Source: Scytonema sp. PCC 10023 (lineage in GTDB: Bacteria > Cyanobacteriota > Cyanobacteriia > Cyanobacteriales > Nostocaceae). Taken from it: a stretch of DNA of 32,000 nt. The position numbers were made by a program, and so were the translations under genes. Of the stretch, positions 1 through 7,674 are shown in pieces. Location: the NCBI RefSeq assembly GCF_963920835.1, contig NZ_CAWUDP010000039.1, forward strand, positions 1-32,000, read 5' to 3'. Below the pieces are notes generated by a model that searched no databases, had not been told where the DNA came from, and saw only the letters and a list, made by a program, of their open reading frames with translations. Each line of letters begins with the position of its first letter. The stretch's first letter is position 1.

Positions 1-113
1 GATAATTTCACTTATTTACTACTTACTAGCTCCGGAGAGTGACAGAAGAGGGATAAATGAGATAAAAAAGTTTATAGCAATTCTATTTGATTTGTGAAAA
101 TCGCACATACTTA

Positions 114-144
114 GATTCCCGACTTCTTTAAGAAGTCGGGAATC
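114..144. repeat. 31-nt near-perfect palindrome (gattcccgacttctt t aagaagtcgggaatc); Nostocales-type dispersed hairpin repeat
   Basis: The two 15-nt arms are exact reverse complements, read directly from the sequence. It lies in non-coding DNA. Confidence 0.6.
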
Positions 145-220
145 TTGTTGTTCACAAATTATTTAGGATTGCTATGGATGGCAAAATGTCAAGACTTTTT
201 ATCCTAAAGAAAGTTAGGTT

Positions 221-350
221 ATACCAAATCCGAATCTAAAACCCCCTTTATAATTTAGTCCGCGTAGCGGGCTTTGTTTGTGTACCCGTAAAGTCCGCGA
301 TTACGGACATCGCTTGGGCTAAAAAAGGGTTAGAAAAGCGGATTTGGTAT
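221..350. repeat. MITE-like 130-bp element with 12-bp terminal inverted repeats
   Basis: ataccaaatccg (221-232) is the exact reverse complement of cggatttggtat (339-350). The interior carries the gtccgcg...gcgggcttt motif, which recurs in inverted form at about 8957-8985. Confidence 0.5.
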
Positions 351-840
351 TACTCCTATCTAAGCTTCGTTTAGGATTATTCTGCTACACAGAACATGAC
401 TAAACTTGTTTAAAGTTTATCATTCAACTAAAGTTTCCTTTAGAGGGTCTGCTTCCCGCTTCATTCAAGGGAGTCGGCTCCAACAGTCCCCGGGCGTAAA
501 GAAAGGATGTAGCCCATCCTATTTATCAAAACTTTATGAGCTTTGAAGCTTTTAGCCACTTTAAACCGCTATTTTCAGCAAATTTAACAAATCGTGGACT
601 TGACCTTTGACCTTTTTACAGGCTTGCTAGTAATGACCGCGACTATGGTTTACAAACCATTTTTTTTAGCCTTGGTTTTCGGCATTGAATTAATTTTACA
701 ACACAAAGTCAAAAAGCTTACTCATATTGAAGAGATATAAGTAAGTTTAATAATGTTTTTAGCTATTTAATTTAGCTCTCAACTGGGCTGTCCTTTACAG
801 TATTACCCACAATGTCATCGGCACCTATGGCTTTGGAGTT

Positions 841-1332
841 GTGATTGCCAGCTACTTCAATCATTCGCAATCCGAAAATCGCTGGTGGATACAAGTGCGT
901 GATGTTCTGAGTGTACCTCCTCTATGGGCATTTCTCTTCGGCTATCTCACTCGCTCTGTACAACTACCATCCATAATTGAGTCAGGACTCCAAGGTTCTG
1001 TAAACATCGTTATCGCCTGCGCCTTTTTACTAACTGGTATTCGCTTAGCACAGCTTCAAGGGTGGAAGAGTTTGAAACTTGCCTTCGTCCCCGCTTTCCT
1101 GAGGGTTTTTATTACACCCCTACTTGTTGGTCTAGCAACAACTTTATTTTTTGGATTATCAGGTTCACCACGTTTAGCAATGGTCTTAATGTCTGGTGTA
1201 CCCACGGCTTTTGCTGGTCTGATTTTGGCAGAAGAGTACAACCTCGATCGCGATTTGATTGCCAGCAGTATCATCATTTCCACACTGTTGTTACTCCTTG
1301 TACTTCCTTTGTGGATTTTGATTTTCGGCTAA
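841..1332 (+). CDS. AEC (auxin-efflux-carrier/Mem_trans) family transporter, C-terminal half only; probable gene fragment
   Basis: The 163-aa ORF is very hydrophobic with several predicted TM helices and resembles the C-terminal half of AEC transporters (GVPTAFAGLILAEEYNLDRDL). The frame is open upstream only to a TAG at 760-762. No N-terminal half is visible in 1-760. Confidence 0.55.
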   Translation: MIASYFNHSQSENRWWIQVRDVLSVPPLWAFLFGYLTRSVQLPSIIESGLQGSVNIVIACAFLLTGIRLAQLQGWKSLKLAFVPAFLRVFITPLLVGLATTLFFGLSGSPRLAMVLMSGVPTAFAGLILAEEYNLDRDLIASSIIISTLLLLLVLPLWILIFG

Positions 1333-1411
1333 TCAGTTATTAGGGATGTCTGTCACATCCCCCTCCACCTACACGGGCGCAAGGTATTGCGCCCCAAGAT
1401 CCCCACACAAT

Positions 1412-1439
1412 GCAATTGTCAAGGTATCTTGACAATTGC
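1412..1439. repeat. Perfect hairpin, 12-bp stem with 4-nt loop (gcaattgtcaag gtat cttgacaattgc)
   Basis: Arms are exact reverse complements. A second hairpin lies just upstream at 1375-1394 (gggcgca aggtat tgcgccc). Both are downstream of the AEC fragment; no T-tract follows. Confidence 0.5.
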
Positions 1440-1818
1440 GCTATTTACCAGATGCTGTGTTGGGTTTTAACAAGCTAGAATGTCATAAAATCATAACTTA
1501 ATGATCCCCAAACGGCTGATAAAATCGTGAAAAGCTGAAAAATGCGTCTTGCGACCCCTTGATCCCAGTGGAGGGTTAGTGGTTAATATTTATTAACAGA
1601 AAGCTCCTTCGCTCCCCTATAAAAAGTGCTGATTTTGGCATGAGGTGGGAATTGAAAGGAAGTGACCCGCAATTTAAAAACACACTAAAAAAAACATAAA
1701 CAACTGGGCAAAACCAGGAGTCAGGAATAAGAAGTTTATCTGGCGTTAATGGCTATATATCAGCCACTTGTTAACCAGGGGACATCACCAACCTTTCAAA
1801 CTACTGGAGGCCAAATTC

Positions 1819-3084
1819 ATGGCAAAAGAACGCCCACCGCTAGAAGAGATGACATTGCGGCAACTACGTAAAGTTGCTAGCGAATATAGCATCTCTCGTT
1901 ATAGCCGAATGCGTAAATCGCAACTGCTGGCATCTATTCAAGAAGCTCAGCGCAGCAAAGTTTCTCTCAGCCAATCTCGTTCACTGGAGGCACAGGAAAC
2001 CGTGGAAGCAGCAAAATTTGAGTTGGGTCAAGTAGACCGTACGGGTGGAACTCTGGCTGATGTTGATGAAGGACTCGCGGATCTGCCAGCAGGGTATGGA
2101 GAAAGCCGTATTGTTCTATTGCCCCGTGATCCACAGTGGGCTTATACCTACTGGGATGTGTCCAACGAACACAAAGAAGAACTGCGGCGACAAGGGGGAC
2201 AACAGCTGGCACTGCGTATTTATGATGTCACCGACATCAACTTGGAATACCAAAGCCCCCACAGCATTCAGGAATATCCTAGTGATGAACTCGCACGCGA
2301 ATGGTATCTACCAGTTCCAGTGAGCGATCGCGATTATGTCATCGACATCGGTTACCGTTGCGCTGATGGTCGTTGGTTAGTACTAGCTCGTTCTGCACCC
2401 GTCCACGTTCCTCCTGTGTATCCTTCCGACTGGATTGAAGACGTCTTCATCACAGTCAACTTTGAAGAAGATTTGCAGGGCAAAACCTTCTATGAACTGG
2501 TTCCGCCCACCAAGAAAGTGGCATCGGCTGCTACAAGCAACGGCAACGGCAACGGCAACGCCACCGGCAACGCCATTTATGACCAAATCTTTGGGTTGGC
2601 TGAGTCTGCCGAAGCACAAAGGGTTGCTGGTTCTCTGTTTGGTTCGATGCAACAGGTTCCTAGTTCTGTCACTCCAGAACAAGCCATCAGCTCCTACGTC
2701 TTCCCCTCTGGCGTTGGTATGTGGGCAGTTCCAACCGTGTCCGGTTTAACCGCGTCCGGTGTGGGTATGTCCGGTGCTGGTTTCTCTGGCGACGTACCGA
2801 TGCGTCCGCGTAAGTTCTGGTTAATTGCTGATGCTGAGTTGATTGTTTACGGTGCAACCGAACCGGACGCTACCGTAACAATTGGCGGTCGTCCAATTAA
2901 GCTGAATCCAGATGGTACCTTCCGCTTCCAGATGTCCTTCCAGGATGGTTTGATTGACTATCCGATTTTGGCTGTTGCTGCTGATGGTGAACAAACACGG
3001 TCAATTCACATGAAGTTTAACCGTGAGACACCATCTCGCAATACAAATACCAAAGAAGAAGCTGTTTTAGAATGGCTCTCTTAA
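1819..3084 (+). CDS. Rho_N/SAP-like N-terminal domain plus DUF4912-type protein (conserved cyanobacterial protein of unknown function)
   Basis: ATG at 1819 is preceded by GGAGG (1806-1810). The N-terminus LEEMTLRQLRKVASEYSISRYSRMRKSQLLASIQ resembles the Rho termination factor N-terminal motif. LLPRDPQWAYTYWDV is typical of DUF4912. There is an NGNGNGNATGNA low-complexity stretch. Confidence 0.7.
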   Translation: MAKERPPLEEMTLRQLRKVASEYSISRYSRMRKSQLLASIQEAQRSKVSLSQSRSLEAQETVEAAKFELGQVDRTGGTLADVDEGLADLPAGYGESRIVLLPRDPQWAYTYWDVSNEHKEELRRQGGQQLALRIYDVTDINLEYQSPHSIQEYPSDELAREWYLPVPVSDRDYVIDIGYRCADGRWLVLARSAPVHVPPVYPSDWIEDVFITVNFEEDLQGKTFYELVPPTKKVASAATSNGNGNGNATGNAIYDQIFGLAESAEAQRVAGSLFGSMQQVPSSVTPEQAISSYVFPSGVGMWAVPTVSGLTASGVGMSGAGFSGDVPMRPRKFWLIADAELIVYGATEPDATVTIGGRPIKLNPDGTFRFQMSFQDGLIDYPILAVAADGEQTRSIHMKFNRETPSRNTNTKEEAVLEWLS

Positions 3085-3177
3085 TTTTGGGTTTTTGATT
3101 AATTACAATCAGAATAAAAATTTATCCTCCGTTACAGCATAACCGTAGCGGAGGTTTTGCATTTGGGATAATTTTGT

Positions 3178-3639
3178 TTATGAAAGTTGGGTCGCCAGCC
3201 AGTTGATTAAATCAGTTTCGCTGGAGAAATCTAAAAGCGCTTCTCCCAAATCCTCCAACTGAGGAACTGATAAGCTGCGAATCTGCTCTTGCAACTGAGG
3301 GTTAACAGAACCAATGCGGCGATTGAGTAGACGCATAGTGTATGCTAACGCCTCTTGCTTCTTGCCTTTTTGCTCGCCCTTTTGAAGGATATCCTGATAA
3401 ATTACAGATTCCTGCATAATTTCCTCTCGAAACAATCGTTGAATCAAATTTTTGTCAAACCGCAAACCTGCCAGGATTTGGGTACAAGCCGAGATATTCT
3501 GTCGCTCATCGTTTTCCTCAATCATATCGACCTGAGCAGCGACCTGTTCTAATAATGAATTTGGTGAGTCGCTACGAGCTAAAGTTGCTAGTGGTAGGAG
3601 GGCGGGATTAGCCAATAATGGTGTAGGGTCTTGCTGTTC
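3178..3639 (-). pseudogene. 3' (C-terminal) fragment of an Rpn-family / DUF4351-type PD-(D/E)xK nuclease-like gene, cut off by an IS insertion
   Basis: Translation EQQDPTPLLANPALLPLATLARSD...RLFREEIMQESVIYQDILQKGEQKGKKQEA matches the C-terminal part of cyanobacterial Rpn/DUF4351 proteins. It is on the same strand as, and collinear with, the N-terminal fragment at 5122-5499. Confidence 0.7.
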
Positions 3640-3720
3640 CTTATTTACTAGACATCATTTGACATCGGTCAACAATTCCTGCTTCAACCAAGGCAGTCGG
3701 CTGCTACTTGTCCACAGGCG

Positions 3721-4875
3721 TTAAGTTCGGGACGAACCGACCCTACTGCATTTATCATCTGGTGCATTTGCAAGATTAATAGCCGCGTGCAAGTCTCTGT
3801 CTTCTGTATGTCCGCAACTAGGGCAATTAAACACACGGTCTTTCAGTTTCAATCCGTCGTGTTTATGTTTACACTTTCGGCACTGCTTTGAAGATGGATA
3901 CCACCGATCAACAATGTCTAGTTTGGAACCAAATACGGGTGTTTTGTACTCCAACTGCCTACGAAACTCGTAGAATCCTAAATCACTAATTGCTGACGAT
4001 AGCTTGCGGTTAGCAACCATGCCCGACACGTTAAGATCCTCAATCTTGATGTGGGCATACTTTTTGCAAATGCTTGTTGTTGTCTTGTTTAGAAAATCTT
4101 GTCGTTTGTCCGCAATCCGCTTATGGAACCGTGCCAACTTTTTGTAATACTTCTTGGCGCTGTTTGAAGCCTTTTCGCCAGTACGCTTATTACCGCATTG
4201 CTTATTGCGGTTATGGTACTGAAATTGCCCTAGCTTGGTTTTCGCTATCTTATAGGGCTTCGGAGCTTCAATCTCGGTTTCATCACTGATTGTGGCAAAT
4301 GTCTTTACCCCTAAATCAATTCCTACGGGTTCAGCAACTGCGTGCATGATAGGTGGGATACGTTCTGCATCAACCGCAAAACAGACGTACCATGCGTCTG
4401 CTTCACGAGATATTGTGAAAGTCTGACTGACGTAACTTTCTTTTAACGGTTCTTGCAGCCGAAATGTACCAAGGGTAGGAATCTTGATAGACTTGCCTGA
4501 CTTAACCAGTACTACTCCATTGCCGTCATAAACAGTAAATGACTGTTTGTTCTTACGGGTTTTACGTACTGGATTTTTGGCAATTCCTTTGCGCCATCTA
4601 CTAAATGCTGTCTGCAAATCTTGCAATGCTGACTGATAAACTTTGGATGACATTTGATTCATCCAAGCAAATTCAGCACGCTTTTTGGTGACATTTGTCA
4701 AACACTTCTTGATAGCTTGTATTCGCTTGCTGTCCGATGCTTTTAAGCCAGCATCTACTGATTGCCAAAACAGGTCGAGTCCATAGTTATAAACTAACCG
4801 AGAAAAGCCTGCATATTGTGCCATTAAGCAATGCTGTTGTTTATTCAGTTTTAAGCGTCGCTTAATTGCAAACAT
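3721..4875 (-). CDS. tnpB: TnpB RNA-guided endonuclease (OrfB_IS605 + Zn ribbon), apparently intact
   Basis: 384 aa. RuvC-like residues are visible in GIDLGV, IKIEDLN and DRDLHAAINL. Zn ribbon: CRKC...CPSCGH. Confidence 0.9.
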   Translation of the reverse strand: MFAIKRRLKLNKQQHCLMAQYAGFSRLVYNYGLDLFWQSVDAGLKASDSKRIQAIKKCLTNVTKKRAEFAWMNQMSSKVYQSALQDLQTAFSRWRKGIAKNPVRKTRKNKQSFTVYDGNGVVLVKSGKSIKIPTLGTFRLQEPLKESYVSQTFTISREADAWYVCFAVDAERIPPIMHAVAEPVGIDLGVKTFATISDETEIEAPKPYKIAKTKLGQFQYHNRNKQCGNKRTGEKASNSAKKYYKKLARFHKRIADKRQDFLNKTTTSICKKYAHIKIEDLNVSGMVANRKLSSAISDLGFYEFRRQLEYKTPVFGSKLDIVDRWYPSSKQCRKCKHKHDGLKLKDRVFNCPSCGHTEDRDLHAAINLANAPDDKCSRVGSSRT

Positions 4876-4926
4876 TAGTTTTTTCTTTTAGGTTATACTC
4901 ATTGTAACGCAATATTAGTTACATAT

Positions 4927-5082
4927 ATGGGTAAATACAACTTGAACGTGAGAATTTCTCAACAAGAAAGACAAATTTTAGATCAATATTGTGCAGCAGT
5001 AGAAAGAACTCAGTCCGATGTCATTCGTGAGTTCATTCGATCACTAGAAGGCAAGGTCAGGAAGAGTCAAGATGTTAAGTGA
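4927..5082 (+). CDS. 51-aa ribbon-helix-helix (CopG/Arc-like) protein, divergent from tnpB and inside the element
   Basis: ORF found by hand and absent from the ORF track because it is under 60 aa: MGKYNLNVRISQQERQILDQYCAAVERTQSDVIREFIRSLEGKVRKSQDVK. The pattern of a beta-strand (LNVRIS) followed by two helices fits RHH. Confidence 0.55.
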   Translation: MGKYNLNVRISQQERQILDQYCAAVERTQSDVIREFIRSLEGKVRKSQDVK

Positions 5083-5121
5083 TGTTATGTAATGTCCAAT
5101 AAATCAGTTACTAGCAGTTAA

Positions 5122-5499
5122 CTCCCATATACGGATGACTCGAGAGCGATGTCTGGTATTTGTATCCACGTACTCTTGCCTAAAGACGATTTCTGAGGTT
5201 GTTTGCTGTAAAAAAATGACAACCTGCTCAATCTGACAACCATATTCCCGCTTTAATCGCATATAGTAATCCAACATCCGAAAATCCATAGCAGGATTAG
5301 ATGTCGGTAGGGTTTGAAATTCCAAGTGCAGAATAGTATTAATAATTTGTAGAAAAGTGACAGAGTCAGCACGAATAGGTTCTAAACTGAGTTCTGTTTT
5401 GAGTATCTCAATGTCGGACGTCTCAGTTGAAAGTAACCATTTGATAAAATCAGCCGGATATTGTTCGGCGAGATATTTACAGGTGTTGTCGTAGCTCAA
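5122..5499 (-). pseudogene. 5' (N-terminal) fragment of the Rpn-family PD-(D/E)xK nuclease-like gene
   Basis: MSYDNTCKYLAEQYPADFIKWLL...RADSVTFLQ...ILHLEFQT shows a D...E-x-Q/K nuclease-type motif. The ORF runs on for 6 IS-derived codons to a stop at 5104. Confidence 0.7.
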
Positions 5500-5600
5500 G
5501 TTAGATTTGTTGTGGAAATAAAGGTTGATATGAGTTAATTATCATTCTCTCATTAACTGTTTATACTTACTGATAGTGAAAATCTGAGAATTATCTAAAT

Positions 5601-6542
5601 ATGTCTAAAAATAAATTTATCTGTTTCTTATCTACATTAGTTCCCATACTTGTTTGTTTTGCCTGTAAACAGACTTCTCAAACTTTAGCTAAAACACAAG
5701 TTACACAACAATGTTTGGGAAACAATACAAAGTTCAGTCTAGATTTTTTTAAAACTAACAACCAAGGTAAAAAAGATGGAAGAGGCATTAATCATGTCAT
5801 TATCTTCAACCCCAAATCAGAAGAATTAGACTTCAAAGTCAATGTTGGTGTATCTCATCGACTTTATGCAAAAGACAATCAAGGTAAACTACGTCAAGAA
5901 TATGTACCAAAATTATTTCATGAACTGATCACTGATGAAAACGCAAAATTAAACGGACAAACACCTATTGCAGCAATTAATGCTGATTACATAGATATAG
6001 ATCATAAACCTCAAGGCTTGAATATTTCTCGGGGAATAGAATATTCAGGAGCTTTTAAGAATAAGCGTTCTTCCTTTGGTATATCAGCAGGTCAACCAAA
6101 GCAACGTCAGGCTAGCATCCAGGCAGGAAGAAGAAAGGATAATATTCTTAACTATAACTTAGTAGGTGGTAATGGTAGATTTTATCGCAACGGCAAGTTT
6201 AAAGATATCTGTCAAGATTTAGGAGAACTTGCCTGTAAACAAGCAACCAATCGCTCTATGGTAGCTATCACTGATAAAGGCTATATCATTCTGCTAGTTA
6301 ACGATGCTAAAGCTAATTCCGATATTGAATTATCTGAGTTGAATCAAGAGCTTTTGCCAGATATGTTTGATAATGTCCTTGAAGGAATTGCTCGCAATAA
6401 TTGTTTGGGCAAGATTCAAGAGGGAATGTTATTTGATGGTGGTATGTCTCCTGGATTGTACTATGATAATAAGTTTTATCTAGAAAACCCAGGATCAATT
6501 GGTTCGGTATTTTTAATTTATAGGAAATCTCGAAATAATTAA
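5601..6542 (+). CDS. Putative lipoprotein, phosphodiester glycosidase (NAGPA/DUF2233-like) family
   Basis: Signal peptide with a lipobox-like LVCFAC. IAAINADYIDIDHKPQGL, RSMVAITDKGYIILLVND and FDGGMSPGLYY resemble the NAGPA domain. The gene is visibly AT-rich. Confidence 0.5.
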   Translation: MSKNKFICFLSTLVPILVCFACKQTSQTLAKTQVTQQCLGNNTKFSLDFFKTNNQGKKDGRGINHVIIFNPKSEELDFKVNVGVSHRLYAKDNQGKLRQEYVPKLFHELITDENAKLNGQTPIAAINADYIDIDHKPQGLNISRGIEYSGAFKNKRSSFGISAGQPKQRQASIQAGRRKDNILNYNLVGGNGRFYRNGKFKDICQDLGELACKQATNRSMVAITDKGYIILLVNDAKANSDIELSELNQELLPDMFDNVLEGIARNNCLGKIQEGMLFDGGMSPGLYYDNKFYLENPGSIGSVFLIYRKSRNN

Positions 6543-6690
6543 TAAACAAATAGCATAGCGGTGAATTAATAATTTTCAATTATAGTAAGTACTTAAAAAA
6601 CAGCTACGCCAAAAGACAGACTTGTCGGTAAAGCAGATCACATGACCACCTCAAAACGGTACGCTAGAGGCGGAAGCTTAAAAAAAGACT

Positions 6691-7260
6691 ATGACACCCT
6701 CTGAAATCGCGGACACGCTCAAAGAATTATTTGATGCAGCGTCTATCAATGCTATTACCCCTGGTTCTTGGCAAATAGAAACTGCAAATTTTCGGCTGCT
6801 GGTGATGCTTTCGGACGATGAAAGTTGGTTGCGCGTTTTGTTACCCATTATGCCAGCATCTGAGGCTCAACCCTTTATAGAACAGTTCTTAGAAGCAAAC
6901 TTTGACGATACTCAGGAAGTACGGTACGCCTTGCAGCAAGGGGTTGTGTGGGGGGTGTTTCAGCATAACTGCAATAGTTTAGTCACAGAAGATTTTCGGG
7001 ATGCGATCGCCCGACTTATTCTTCTCCATCGCACTGGCTTAGATAATGTCTTTAATCGGCTGATTGAAAGACGCATTCGGCAAATTATACAGGCAGCAAA
7101 ACAGCAAGGTCAATCCCTTCAAGCTACTATGCAAAATCTAGACCGCTTTTATGCAGAAGGATTGATGGGCGAGGTTAACCAAACTTCTCAGGCGCGTGAA
7201 GAAGTTCTCGCTGCATGGCGGTATCAGTTGGAGCGACTTTGGCCAGAAGTAGAACCCTAA
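6691..7260 (+). CDS. Conserved hypothetical protein (possibly YbjN / secretion-chaperone-like fold)
   Basis: Clean 189-aa ORF with typical codon usage. No catalytic motif was recognised. Confidence 0.5.
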   Translation: MTPSEIADTLKELFDAASINAITPGSWQIETANFRLLVMLSDDESWLRVLLPIMPASEAQPFIEQFLEANFDDTQEVRYALQQGVVWGVFQHNCNSLVTEDFRDAIARLILLHRTGLDNVFNRLIERRIRQIIQAAKQQGQSLQATMQNLDRFYAEGLMGEVNQTSQAREEVLAAWRYQLERLWPEVEP

Positions 7261-7674
7261 AGACTAACCCAAGTTGTTAATGACAAAAATGCCCTCAAAA
7301 CTGTCTTTTAGAAAATTTGTGACTATCAGCTTTTTTTCCAAAAAATTGAAGTCAGTCATCTCTTGACTATTTTTTTATAACCATTTTATGGTATCTTTAC
7401 ATTACAGTTTACCAAAAAGAATATTTTCTTGAAATAGAAAATATTAATGGGTTATAGCATAATGTCTGAGTCTATAATCAATTCCCAAAATGACAAAAAA
7501 ATATGATACAAAACTCTGAGAGAAAAAAATCTGAATGTTGCCCCTGCGACCACCCATAGCGTTAACTCAGATAAAACAATATTGCTATATGGCGATTTGA
7601 TTGAGTAATTTAATGTCTGCGCTTCTTGAGTAAATTTGTACGAATTAACAGAAAGCATCACAGGAAGTTCACCC

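Larger units (their letters stand above)
3640..5121 (-). mobile_element. IS200/IS605-superfamily TnpB-only element (about 1.48 kb) carrying tnpB and a divergent small RHH gene, inserted in the Rpn-like gene
   Basis: Boundaries (about +/-3 nt) were inferred by joining the flanking reading frames: ...RVIRIWE | (E)QQDPTPLLANPALL... The LE side is at about 5121 and the RE side at about 3640, relative to the minus-strand tnpB. Confidence 0.65.

Noticed and set aside
400-540. GC-richer, hairpin-containing stretch (e.g. ggatgtagcccatcc) that might be a riboswitch or ncRNA
   Set aside because: I could not match it to any riboswitch, tmRNA, SRP, RNase P or 6S consensus that I know. There is no evidence beyond local self-complementarity.
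1062-1343. 93-aa alternative-frame ORF overlapping the AEC fragment
   Set aside because: It overlaps the membrane-protein frame, which has a coherent TM-helix pattern. The alternative translation is Cys/Trp/Phe-rich noise.
2539-2575. aacggc hexanucleotide repeat (NGNGNGNATGNA) as a possible phase-variation tract
   Set aside because: The unit length is a multiple of three, so copy-number change would not shift the frame. It is an ordinary low-complexity linker.
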